A model generated the notes under the pieces. The model made no database searches. It was not told the DNA's origin and was given only the letters and a program-made list of their open reading frames with translations. Positions 24,969-37,257 of a stretch of DNA of 64,000 nt are shown here, piece after piece; within the stretch, counting starts at the first letter, position 1; each line of letters opens with the position of its first letter. The position numbers were made by a program, and so were the translations under genes. Source of the stretch: Xylographa opegraphella (Eukaryota); NCBI GenBank assembly GCA_022813865.1, contig JALDZX010000064.1:1-64000 (forward strand), given 5' to 3'.

Positions 24969-25415
24969 ATCGGAAGTTATGAGAAGTATGGGGATCCAGG
25001 CTCAGCTGCGCTGGAATTGGTAAATAATTCTCAATTGTCGTCCAAGACGAAACGATAATCCTTGGCGTGTAATTTGGAGTTTGATGGCAGTCTTTAGTGA
25101 GTGCGCGGAATATCGCCCTAGACTACCTCTATTCAGTCACTTTTCCTACCAGCAGGTTTCCTCCCATGGCAATTGTCAAGGTGTCAGATACCAAGAGCTC
25201 CTGAGTAATTGTGTATATGGTTGAACTTCAGAAAGAGTTACAGCTCAACAGAGATTTAAATTGAAAGTTATTCCAATTGACTTAATAAAAGTCACGTTGA
25301 TTTATGTGATTTCTTATAGCGTAACTTTTTCATATAAATACTGTTACATCCCTTCTTTCGAAATACTCTCCGTCTGAGTTCAGGTCCGACAGAGTTTATC
25401 TTCTGATCTAGAAAT

Positions 25416-26731
25416 ATGGACGTCGAGCACTTCACCCACGAAGTCCGGGGTTTCCCTCCGCGAAAATGTGGAGTCCTCGGAGCCACGGGATCTGTCGGCC
25501 AGCGTTTCATTCTTCTCCTCGCCCATCATCCCTACTTCACTCTCACCACCATTGGCGCGAGTGAACGGTCCGCTGGGCGCCGGTACAGAGAGGTTGTCAA
25601 ATGGAAACAAGCAGTCCCCATGTCCACCCAGCTTGGAGACTTGGTAGTGCAGAAGTGCACCCCCTCGGCTTTCGAAGATTGTGACATAGTGTTCTCTGGA
25701 CTCGATAGCGATGTTGCGGGAGACATTGGTCGGTGCTTGCTCCTTTCTGTGCATAAGTTTGTGCTTACATCAAGATAAGAGATGGCTTTCCTCAAGGCAA
25801 ATCTTCGGGTCTTCTCAAACGCCAAGAACTACCGCCTGGATCCACTTGTACCCCTTGTTGCACCCACTGTTAACCTGAATCACCTGGAGGTCCTCCATCA
25901 CCAACGGAAGCACTACGGGTTGGATAAGGGCATCCTTGTTACAAACAGCAATTGCGCTGTAGTGGCCATAATCATTCCGTTTGCAGCGCTGCAAGCGAGA
26001 TTTGGACCGATAAAGCATTGCTCGATCGTGACCATGCAAGCTGTGAGTCTTCATGTTATGTATGCTATTATGCGCTATGCTTAGACCTACGTCAGGTTTC
26101 GGGAGCCGGCTATCCCGGTGTCAGCAGTATGGACATCGTCGATAATGTCATCCCTTTCATTTCAGGCGAGGAAGAAAAGCTTGAGGTCGAGGCTCAGAAG
26201 ATCCTCGGGACAACCAACGATAAGCTCACTGGCTTTGCAAACCATCATCTGAAAGTGACAGCATCATGCAATAGGTAAACCCCTCTATATCGAATCTCAA
26301 CTACTTGCTCACACAAGCATACCAGAGTCGCCGTCCTCGACGGTCACCTCGCATGCGTGGACGTTAAATTCCAGCGCCGGCCTGCACCAAGCGTAGAAGA
26401 AGTCAAGGAAGCGCTACGTAGCTACGTGTCGGAGGCACAGACGCTCAAATGTCCATCCGCGCCGCTGAACTCCATTGTGGTTATGGAGGAGCCGGATAGA
26501 CCACAGCCACGCCTGGATAGGGAAACCGACAAGGGGTACGCGGTGAGCGTGGGAAGAATACGGGCGGACCCGAGTGATATCTGGGATCTGAAGTTCGTGG
26601 CTCTTAGCCACAATAGTGAGTAAAGCAAAGTTTCCCTTAACACAGCGAGCTGATATCTAGCAGCGATCATTGGAGCGGCGGGCGCGTCCTTGTTGAATGC
26701 AGAAGCGGCAGTTTTGAAAGGCTTTGCTTGA
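25416..26731 (+). CDS. HOM2: Aspartate-semialdehyde dehydrogenase, 5 exons
   Basis: [22 protein letters not shown] (catalytic Cys), [33 protein letters not shown]. Confidence 0.95.
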
Positions 26732-27655
26732 TCAATGCCAGCGTGAATAACATGGCGGCCGCATTTTGGACAGGAGTGATCTGCAGCATTTGCCATAACA
26801 TACTGTAAATACTAGAATCAAACCAAGATCGACCTCACCACTCTTTCACATCTCCTAGCTAATTCACTCCCTCTTTCTATACGACTCTCTCATCTGTCAC
26901 CACCATTGACACCTGAGAGACCGTTCATCCAATCACTGGTGCCAACTGCCCTTCGTCATTGATTCAGAACTACAGGCCATGATCTGCGAGCTTGCAAGAT
27001 GTTGGCAGACGCCAGAGTACATCGCTACGAAGAGGAGCCAAGTCTTGAGATTCCCGCGGCCTCAATTTGCCATTCCGATCGATGAAACCACCTATAGAGG
27101 CCCAACAACGCCATTCCGGAACAAGCCATATTGAGTCACAAATCCCACACAAACGGAGCACGCCCTGCCTTGCCACCGCCCTGTCGTTTGACCGTTGTAC
27201 CTAATAGCGGGAGCAGCCGAGCGCAGAGGCTCGTGCAACCTGACCGAGCGGACTTCGAATGACGCTGCTATTACCATAGGGGATTCATTCCTCATGCCGA
27301 GGTATACAATTATGCTACCCTGAAAACAGTAATTGTGAAGTAGTGAAGCGGTGGTACTGGTGTTACATAAGTGCAGATGAAACGCGTACAGCCAAGGTCA
27401 AAGCCATCACTGCGCAGAGCTTGGGAGTTTCACGGTCCGTAAATCATGAGCTCTGATACCGGGACGGATAGCAGTGCTTGAGATGTGGTACATGGGTAAG
27501 CTGCTGCATCTAAGCCGTCTGAATGTGTTCGAGTTTCAGCAAGTAGTGCGTGCGTATCAGCCATCGGGGGCAGCTGATACCATTTTTGTATAATCAATAT
27601 ATTTAGAGATGACCAGGAGCTTAAGCTATTCTGCTATCTTGGTAACTTTAGACTT

Positions 27656-29030
27656 TTATCTAACAAAGCCGAACTCCTCCTGCTTGACGATACCATTCTG
27701 ATAACGGGGCACGGCGGCGGCACCGGCTTCTATGTCGTACTGAGGCATGCGTCCGGGGGTTGCCCTTCCACTTTCAATTATAGTTTTAGACGCCGCTTCG
27801 TCCGAGCGTTGATTTCGCGGCTTCAGGGGGTATTTGTCGTACCGGTCCTCGTCTTGGGCGACGTACCCACGACGAAGCCGGGGGCGAAATAGAGGCGGCA
27901 AAGTTGGAATGGTAGCGGCAATGATTGCAAGGTTGCACTCGAGACTGTCGTTGAAGTAAGCAATCTCTCACTTGGTATATGGGATGTCGAATGTACAGAC
28001 ACTGCCCAAATAATCTCGTTTACAATGTCCCCTGGTAGACGGGCGGTTAATCTCCGAGCACTGTCACAGAAATTGAAACGGCGTACTCACATGTTACATC
28101 TTCTGTTTTGATTGATGATAGCAAGACAGTTCGGATTATTGCACAGGTGCCGGTACTGAGACTAAAGGTAAGGGAAGCTCTCGGAGTAATTTCGAAGTAT
28201 AGGGATGCTCCTTACAAAACGCCCAGGCCCATGATAGCACATATTCCTGCTTTAATTTTGAGACTGATGTGTATGTTCCATAAGAAGACAATAGGCAATA
28301 TAGCGAGGGTGAAGTCGCAGAGTATTGAAACCACTGTAGCATATAAGTCGTTTACCTTGACTGATATTCAAAGGGGACTTTGAACGGGTCGTGTTGGAAA
28401 TCCTACCTCCTTGAAAGTACCCAATGGCTACCTGGGTGTCTGGTGCCCAGCAAGTACCATCAAGAGGCGGGTTCCATAGCTTGTCAACTGGTTGACATTG
28501 GAGTAGTACAATACTTGCTGACGACACATTGGTAGCGACAATGAAAGCTATCAATGACCAAAGCGCTCGTTTCCATAGTTTACTCCTGACAAATAACCGC
28601 AAAAGAAACAGGCAGATTGAAATCTTGGAGAACATTGTTGAAATAATCAGTAACGGCTGCGAGATGTATTCCCATTTGGTAGCTTCAGAGATCTGCAGTA
28701 TGGTCAGGTAATACGCATGGCGTCCTTCTCCATATGACACTGTTATGATATCCATGCTGAAAGTAGCAATGGCGAAAAGCTGCTCAGTCACGTACCGATT
28801 AGCTCTCCTGTATGCGGTGGATGCTGCAATATTCGATCACTCACAAGTGCTAAAACTATGAAGAAGTCATCCCATGAAAGAGCTTGTACAATCCGAGCTC
28901 TAACATATAATCGAAGAGAGATCAATATTACCGCGACACCGATCGTTACCGATTGCAGTGCAATGATGGAGCTGCCTCTGTTGACATCGCCACCAGCCGG
29001 AACTGGTCCTATATTCGCCATAGGTGACAT
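27656..29030 (-). CDS. PTH11-like (rhodopsin-domain, CFEM-less) 7-TM integral membrane protein, 6 exons
   Basis: LRLYVRARI..WDD, GEGRH, KISICLFLLR, QCQP..W...C, D..LAILP, E.NLAII AATIPTL.PL motifs; splices into an intact frame. Confidence 0.88.
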
Positions 29031-29944
29031 TGGCGGACACTTGGTATTTGAAAGCAACTTAGGCTAGGTATGGTAGTCTTCCAAGGTACAGAGGGGTAAT
29101 GATACAACCATAAATATCATGAACAGAAATGCTACTGCAACGACCCGCGATGAAGCCAACGGCAAATTGCTCAATTATGGCATGAGGATATTGGAAAAGA
29201 CAAGCTTAGGGTATGCCCTGACTAAAAACTGATGATGCTTTTGGCCCTAAGGCTGCACTTGACTGAATACAACATTTGCAAGCACACCCGCATCTGTGGA
29301 GGGGGAAAGAATCAGTCGGAGACGCTCATATGCTGCACAGGGGGCTGCTATGACGAAGAACTTGCAGGGTTGGTTGACCTACTCCATACATAGGAAAACA
29401 CATAGTGAGAGTTTGTTGGAATGGGGGTCGAAGCTACGGAGTCCTCGTCGTACTCCGTACTTCTGTGTGCCATGTGCACTATGATTCGCGCGTTTCGCGT
29501 CACACGGCTTGCGGCAAGAACGCATATATGTAAAGCAGCCAGAAGCACAATGATGCAAGCATGGCAATCCTATATACCCTCGCGACCTGAACTCTTCCGC
29601 CAATTACGATAGCAAGTTAAGCGCTAGACACGGAGTGTTGATCCAGATAGGCTGTGCTCGCCAAAAGCCCATTAAGTACTCGTAGAGATCGCTGTTGATC
29701 GGCACACACAATGCGTAAAAAAGGGGCCGGTAACGCAGCGGATTCTGCCCGCGGCCATCATGAGACGATCACCCACCGCCTCAACCTTTTCCGTAATAAT
29801 ACGGTGCAAGTATGCGCCGTTACTATTCCGATTATGGTGCGATCCCGTTCGTATGTTGATCCAAATCTGAGACCATTTTCTGTGAACCACCCTCGTTGTG
29901 AACATCAGTGATATTCCGTCAAGTCTTGGTATCCGCCCTTTCTC

Positions 29945-30898
29945 CTACAATAATCTGATACAGTATTCACAGAGAAAGCCGCTTGTGACACTGAGCCCTA
30001 TCACATAGCACCCATGCTTAAACCACCAAGCACACTCAGCTGGGTTCTGCATGTTTACTGCTCGAATCATGCCGCTCAACAAGACACTTGTCACACCACA
30101 CGTTCCAACAAAGTACGGCAGCCTGGCACTGATGAGCAATCCAGTTGCAGCCAAAAGCAAAACTTGGGCAGCCGCAGCTGCTGCTAGCACGCTATTGATG
30201 TTGTGCGCATGCCGTACAGCGATTGATTTGATGTTTGCGTTCGCGTCCTCTTTCATGTCTTGCCCGGCATAAATGGTGTCGTACACTAGTGTCCAAGCAA
30301 CACAGGAAAAGTACAAACAGGTTGCAGCTGGCATATAGTCTGGTGGCGAGAACAAAGCGACGTGGAACGCAGGGAAGGCCATCACAACTCCCCACGAGAA
30401 AACGGAGCCTAGTACAACTTGAGGATAATGCGTAAAACGCTTGGCGAATGGATATATTCCGGTGAGAAGCATCGATGGGAGGCTGTAATATGTACATGCA
30501 GCTGGAAGCAGCGCTTTCAGCAAACCGACCCCTATTAGTACCTGGATGAGCGTATACACAAAAGCGCTCATAGGGGAGATAGCGCCTCGAGCAATTGGTC
30601 GATGGCGAGTCCGTAATATTTTGCGATCCAAGTCACGGTCAACAAGATCGTTCCAGGTACATCCGGCACCGCGAACCATTATGGATCCCAGGAGAAAGAT
30701 CATGCTGGCGCCCAGGACTCGGCGAGGTTCGATTATCGGGCTGGAGACTGTGGCCACCAGTAGGAGGCCAAATAAGCATGGGAAAAACAAATAGAGTGAT
30801 CCGGCGGGCTTGTCAAAGCGAACGAGTTCAACATATGGAAAAATTGTATTGGGGAAACAAGAATGGAGATCGGATTGTGGTGGAGGTAATTTCTCCAT
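29945..30898 (-). CDS. UbiA/COQ2-family aromatic prenyltransferase, intronless, 317 aa, secondary-metabolism type
   Basis: RFDKPAG, RGAGCTWNDLVDRDLD, RTRHRPIARG, YPFAKR, YDTIYAGQD..ED motifs; no mitochondrial leader. Confidence 0.92.
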   Translation of the reverse strand: MEKLPPPQSDLHSCFPNTIFPYVELVRFDKPAGSLYLFFPCLFGLLLVATVSSPIIEPRRVLGASMIFLLGSIMVRGAGCTWNDLVDRDLDRKILRTRHRPIARGAISPMSAFVYTLIQVLIGVGLLKALLPAACTYYSLPSMLLTGIYPFAKRFTHYPQVVLGSVFSWGVVMAFPAFHVALFSPPDYMPAATCLYFSCVAWTLVYDTIYAGQDMKEDANANIKSIAVRHAHNINSVLAAAAAAQVLLLAATGLLISARLPYFVGTCGVTSVLLSGMIRAVNMQNPAECAWWFKHGCYVIGLSVTSGFLCEYCIRLL

Positions 30899-31452
30899 TG
30901 TGCCTGTAGTGGACTGTAAGAACGCAATGTAGAATGAATATCACAAGTCAAAATAGAAGACGTACTGATCAAAGGAAGACTTATTTATGAGCCGTATGCC
31001 TCAAATTTCAGGCAAGCCAGCCGTCAGCAAAAGCTTTGCAATGTGGGCTCCGCCATTATCGTTCGTGTACCCTCGAGCTGGGTGTTTATGGAGTTATGCT
31101 TGAAGGGAAACAGTAAATCTAGGAATACTTGTCACTGATTGTTGCATTCTAATCATCAGCTCCTGACCAGGGACCATACATGGTCCGTTACCCCGGTACC
31201 CACCACCATGATCCTCACAAGACAATATTTTCCTCGTAGATTATGACGCAAGGTTTGCAATGCTGCCGGTGGTGACACAAATTCTGCTGCGGAAGTGGTA
31301 TATAATCCTAGCAGAACTTAAAATCTCTTGCATATAACGGCTCCCGCTCGGAGCTGCTCATCGAAAAGGTTCCAACACCCTCATAGGTACACAAATCTGT
31401 TACAAACACGGCTAAACGGCAAGGTAAAGTGTTTCAATTAACAAACAAAGTC

Positions 31453-32519
31453 ATGGCTAGTAATACCTACGCGCTTGGTAGAGGTTACATACCTGCCATG
31501 AGGTATAACAGCCAACGTTCTCACCACAAGGTAAAGCTAAACTTGCGTCGGAACAGATTGAATCTTCAGCATTATTTGTGGAAAGAAACACTGGGCTATA
31601 GCGTGCATCCAAGCGTGCCCTTACAACGAGAGAAACTAAGAATCGCTGATGTAGGGACTGGTACAGGGTATGAAACACTCTTACATTCTATGAATACATG
31701 CATGGCTAATAGTAACCGACGCAGGATCTGGCTTTTTGATCTGGTCAATCAAATGCCACGTTCCACCACCTTTCATGGCTTTGATATCTCACCTGCACAG
31801 TACCCCCAAAATGACTTTTGTGCGGATAATGTAAAGCTTCAAACCTTGAACGCAATGCAAGAACCTCCCGAGAAGCTAGTGGGCCGTTACGACATCGTTC
31901 ACGTTCGACTCTTTCTGGCCGTAGTCAATAATGATGATCCGTCACCTCTGCTCGATCACTGCATCAAGCTGCTGAGTAAGTATATGGCGTAAAGAGCTCA
32001 TGAAAGCTCTTTGACGATGATTTTAGGACCCGGTGGAGTACTGCAATGGGATGAATTCGACCCATCAGGCCACCAAACAGTGAGCACAAAGGGATCTCAA
32101 AGCAAGAACCTGGAAAAGCTATCACAATATGTGAAGAGTACAAAGCCTGTCAGGTACGTAATTCAGCAAGCTAGGGGAGCATTATGATTGTTGAAAGCGG
32201 ACAACTAACACTGCTCATTCGAGGTAGGTGGGTAACAAATCTTCCTCAAACCTTTCAGGCTCATGGACTCGATGTAATCGCATTAGCTACTCAACGGGAG
32301 CATCCGTGGCAAAGAGCAATGTACATGGAAACCTGGAGCGTCCTGGCTGAAGAATTTGCCTCGAACTTCTTAGATATTCATGGCCCACTCGGAAGTGGTG
32401 ACGAGCTGCGTCAGCTTGCTCAACGGGCTTATGAGGAAGTGAAGCAAGGCTCGTCTATCTCGCAGGTACTTCAAGTAGTGGTAGGAAGGAAACCTGGAGG
32501 AGAGCACCTCGGCATGTGA
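31453..32519 (+). CDS. Class I SAM-dependent methyltransferase (LaeA-like/Methyltransf_23-25 type), 5 exons
   Basis: RLNLQH, IADVGTGTG(IW), GFDIS, YDIVHVR, LLRPGGVLQWDE after splicing. Confidence 0.88.
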
Positions 32520-32993
32520 TCAATGTTCGAATAAGATAATCTGAGCGTCCCACGTTAGTAGGAAATGTAATCGTAATTTTGCGTTGGTATCAATGATCTT
32601 GTGTTATATACCGTTAGTAGAAACTGTAATGATCGGCCCGAGCCGGCGTATAACTTGCATACGTACCTTAGGACCCAGTCGTAACGTGCATACGGCTCAG
32701 CAGTGAAGGTGGGACCGTGGAATTACGTGGTCGCAACCTCGATGTTGAGCGATCGCACCAGTGATGAAATGCAAGGACAAATCGGGCTTGCCTATCTCTC
32801 ACTGGAAGGGGCTCGAGCCTCGGCCACAAGTTCCACATGAGTGAATGTATGATCCATGCAGCGACAACGAATCCTCCGCCCCGTACACCGTACTCCCAGC
32901 TGGTAAGTTTCCACGGATGCACCTCTCTACCTTCATATGATATACCAGGTCGTAAGTCTTGATCCAATTTACTCCTCAATCACGATCTGCACG

Positions 32994-33832
32994 ATGGAGA
33001 AGACAAGGCAGCAACCTACAGTTGTGTTTGTCCCCGGAGCGTTCCATGTTCCGGCCCACTATGAACATGTTATAGCTCATCTTGAAACGCTTTCGTTTCC
33101 CAGCATTGCCGTCTCGCTGCCGACGATCGGCACACTTGCTGCCACGGCAGGACTATATGATGACGTTCAGGCAGTGCGGTCAACACTCGAAAGACTCGTC
33201 GAGGTGGAAAATAAGGAGGTGATCCTAATACCTCACTCGTACGGAGGCAACCCAGGTTGCCAGGCTGTAGGCGGTCTGGAACGCTCTAAGAGAGTCAAAG
33301 AGGGCAAAAACGGCGGAGTGATCCATTGCCTCTTCATCTCTGCTTTTATGATCCCTGAAGGTGAGACAGTGGTCAGTACGCTAGGAGGTGGTCTCCCACC
33401 CTGGGCAGAAGTCGACGTGAGTTCTTCATTCGAAGCCCACAGGCATCGATGTTGTATTACGACTGAAAAAATGTTGACGTTTCTCCACAGGGCGCTATCC
33501 TTCGACCTGGACCAATGTGTGCATCAACTTTCTATAACGACATGTCAGATGCCGATGCGAAGTCATGGGCACAGAAACTTGACGTTCAGGCCGCGAGTCC
33601 ATCTATAACACCAGTAAAGGAGCCATGTTGGAGTCTTGATATCCCAATCACATACATGATGTGTATGAACGATCAAGCTTCGCCCGTATTTCTGCAAGAA
33701 CTGATGCTAAACAACATCAAAAATCCTCACTTGAATATCGAGCGCCGGGACACAGGTCATTGCCCATTTCTCAGCAAGCCAGAGGTCGTGGTTGAGCTCA
33801 TCGAACAGATTGGGATTGGGACAACCCAGTAG
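32994..33832 (+). CDS. Alpha/beta hydrolase (Abhydrolase_6-like), 2 exons
   Basis: VFVPGAFH oxyanion loop, HSYGG nucleophile elbow, catalytic Asp (NDQA) and His (TGHCPF). Confidence 0.88.
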
Positions 33833-33893
33833 AGTACATCGCTGTAAGAAGCCGAAGGATGGCTAGACTATTAGCATGTTCTGAATCTCGATC

Positions 33894-35359
33894 CTATTTC
33901 GGTTCCAATAGAACCTCAATGACACTGTCTCTACTCAAAGACTCTGGGTGCGGGCTCTCGATTCTCTTGATATATAATCCCACACTTTCCAATAGGTTTC
34001 GCCACTGGCTTTCCGTTCGCTCCATACCACCAAATGCCATCATGCTGATGTCCATGAAAGCCGTGAACGGTGAAGCATTTAAGTCTGGAACTACCTGGTC
34101 CACGATGATGATGGTAGAATGGCTTGTCGATACTGCTTCGATAGTATGCTTTAATATTTCGTGGCAGGCACTATCTGGCCAGTCATGGAATATGTGGCGA
34201 AAGAAGTATATGTCTGCCCCTGAAAAATACCAAAAAATAAGTATCGAAATCGTGTGACGCATCTTGTATGGAAATAGTGGACACTCACCCTTTATAGGCT
34301 GTGGTAGAAAGAAGTCGTGTGCCATAGCTTCCACTCCATCTCCCCCCTTCCGTTGAACGATTACACTTGGCAAGTCTTGAACAACGATACGTCCCTTGAA
34401 TTCTGGTCGTTGCTTGCAAAGCTCATCAAGAACATAACCACGTCCTCCGCCAACGTCCACAAGTAAAGGACTACGTTCACCGCTGAACGTGGTGCTTGAG
34501 AACGATGTATAGCTTGGGAGTAATGAGAGATACGTGTTCAAAACATTAGTACCTTCGACCATCGTCGAAGCAGCCATATAGGCACTGAAATTCAGCAGCT
34601 GTTCAGGTTGATTTTGCAGCCACTGAAACATATTGAGCTTGGTATTGTGGGAGTAGTGAAATAAAGCATTGTAGGGATCACTTGGATTCTGGAATTGGAT
34701 AGAACCAAGGAAGTCTGGCAGCTGGGATAATTCTGTGGTAGTGCTGCACCTGTTCAAGATTAGTTGATGTCTTGGCTGATAGAAGTAAATACCGTACATT
34801 CCAGTTATCAACGTCCTCCATGTAGGGTCTAGGAGTGTGCTGGACAAAGCATTGAGAGAATATCTTTCAACGCTCTGTTCGGTGACGAGACCAATTCCAA
34901 CAAGAGCTCTCATCAGTCGTACTATTGAGAAATGCCATCAGCATCACCATGTGGCATGAGCTTTCGTGTCCAGCATCATCATACTGCATCTTTGAACGTA
35001 CCCAACAGAAGGACCTCAGCGCCTGTTTGTTTTGCGAGTTCCAAAGCCGTCTTTGTTGGCGCATGATCGAAGGCTTCAAAGAGCCCCAACGTAAGAGCTG
35101 ATCTCAACGCCGCATGTCCAGCAGGCTACAATCTGTTTAGTCCCCGTAAATCAATAATTAATTGGGCCCAAGTCACCCATTTTGCTATTGTTAAAATAGT
35201 CGCTCGCGGAGGTTCTAATGCAGTTGTTACTTCTCTCGCAACGGCGAGAAGTTTCTTGCACTGGGTATCGTTCAGAGTCTTGCTGTAGCAAGATCGCATC
35301 ATCCGCTCAATATTCTCAATAAGACAATCAATATCTTGACCCGTCTCAACTGCGTCCAT
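33894..35359 (-). CDS. Phenolic O-methyltransferase (Methyltransf_2/COMT-like), 5 exons
   Basis: N-terminal dimerisation region, LVDVGGGRG, VQDLP, HDFF..QP, IFHDWPD, ERT..QW motifs; splices into an intact frame. Confidence 0.9.
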
Positions 35360-36091
35360 CGTGAGAAATGCTACGGTATGACGTGATTTTACACTTCTAG
35401 ATATGATGGATAACGGTAATAGAAAACCCCTTTGTCGGTTGAGATGTTGAAGCCGTGATGGCTTATTCTGCAAGGATGACTACCTTCATAGGTGACCCAG
35501 TTTTTACGCTCTGTAACCATGGATTCGATCACACGGTCTTCCCGCTGATGGGCGGACTCAGCTGCAGGAGGCCCCAGGGGTCCTTCGGGACATCCCCTAG
35601 TGTATAATCAAATAAAGCTGGAAGCCATGTCCAGGAGTTCCTGGGTATGTTAGTACTTCGAAAGCGGTAGGATCTTCGTACGGTACGGGCGGCTCCATGC
35701 CGTTAGGATACTCTGAACGGGTATATTCGTGCGGATACAGAAGCAAGTAACAATGCGTCATGTAAACTACTCATGCGTGATATGTAACAGAGCCTGGCAA
35801 TTTGACTTAGGCATTTTTGTGCTATGGTCCGTAATCCACAGCGCTTTGTAAGGTCGTGACTCGGCGACAGCATACTTACCTTTGTCTGACCAGTGGATAT
35901 AACCGTACTGTGGTGCAAGGACTCGGCAACAGGCACTGTTGGAATGCTTGGCACTTGGCGCCTGCTTTAGGAACTAATCGTCAAGCTACCTAGATAGTGG
36001 GATCTCGCTGTAGGGTCAATCCTCAAACCTTACCAAATACAATATATTGAAATTAAAGAAGTCTTCAATTTCCAGGGGCAATGAATTAGCC

Positions 36092-36656
36092 ATGGCTGAC
36101 ACTGTTCCATCCCTTTCCAAGCCATGGAAATCAAAATAGCGGTTCATCAATATCGACTACAGCCAGAGCCACCCTTGGTATCAGACGGATCTTGCTATCC
36201 TTGAGGATCCTCATAGGTGCTCGGATTATACAGAAACCAGGACGGGACGACTTGCTCACAGTACTCAGCTCAATCTTTGCAATGGTCGCAATGGTGCCCA
36301 TCAGCTTGGAAGCTTCTGCTGGTACCGGTGGACACGCCTACGACTTGAGACACTCCCAACTCGCATTGGCTACAGAGTATCTCTATATCGGAGAAGTCAT
36401 GCTTGTGTTCCATCATCCACTAAAACCTAACTTTATCTCTTTTACCTCTCCTCTTTCAGCTCGAAAAGATTAGTAGATAGGGCCTGTATTCTTTATAACA
36501 TTCACTGCGGCATGGCTATATCCGCCTACTGTGCACAAAACCACATTCACTGGCCAACATTCTAACAGACACCAAGCTTTTGTAGGACTGTCTATCGTAT
36601 GTATACCAGCACTGAAGCCTCTTTACAATAGCCCCTTATTTAAACATCAGCCGTGA
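36092..36656 (+). pseudogene. Decayed PTH11-like membrane-protein gene (frameshift plus loss of the central helices)
   Basis: GNQNSGSSI..TLG...LLSLRILIGARIIQKPGRDD...GTGGHAYDL aligns by eye with the intact gene at 27656-29030; C-terminal VGLSIVCIPALKPL motif at ~36580-36623; ATG 36092 is out of frame. Confidence 0.7.
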
Positions 36657-37257
36657 GGTACCCAAAGTGACAGCGCTACATCACTCAACATGATCACACC
36701 CTTCTATTTATTTGCCCGAGCTCTATCCAGACCCCGGGCATGAAGACATAACTTTTGTGATTACATTCTACCATTCCGAGAGGAGGCGTGATCGTAGCTC
36801 AGAGCCTTATATATGATGCCGATAACATTTGGCTGACGACAGATCAATTTGAGTACTTTCGAGACAGATCGGCCTGATAGGTCCCGTAAAGATGTGACTT
36901 TCGGTTGATTAGGAGGTCTCATAGGTGCGCATGTAATCCTCGGACTTCAGTGTAAAGCAATCTTTCTGAAGCTGTCAACCAATAGATAAGGAGGAAACAT
37001 TTATAATTAGTAAAAGTCTAATAAAATTTCATATTATTGAAGCATGCTATATGACCCTCAGCGCCCGCCAATACCTACGCTCTCTGGACCACGACTAACA
37101 GCCTGCGGATAGAAGCCCACGGAAAGAGAAAGTACTCAGCCAACCTATTTTGAGGGGTCCTTAAGGGTATTCCATCCGAGTACCTATACGCTGAAATATC
37201 AAAACAGGCCATACACGAAAGTCAGACGCGTACCACAGACGAAGATACTGCTTGTGT

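Noticed and set aside
26960..27300. Short ORF fragments between HOM2 and the PTH11-like gene (weak F-box-like ELQAMICELA)
   Set aside because: Too short and too weak to support a gene or pseudogene
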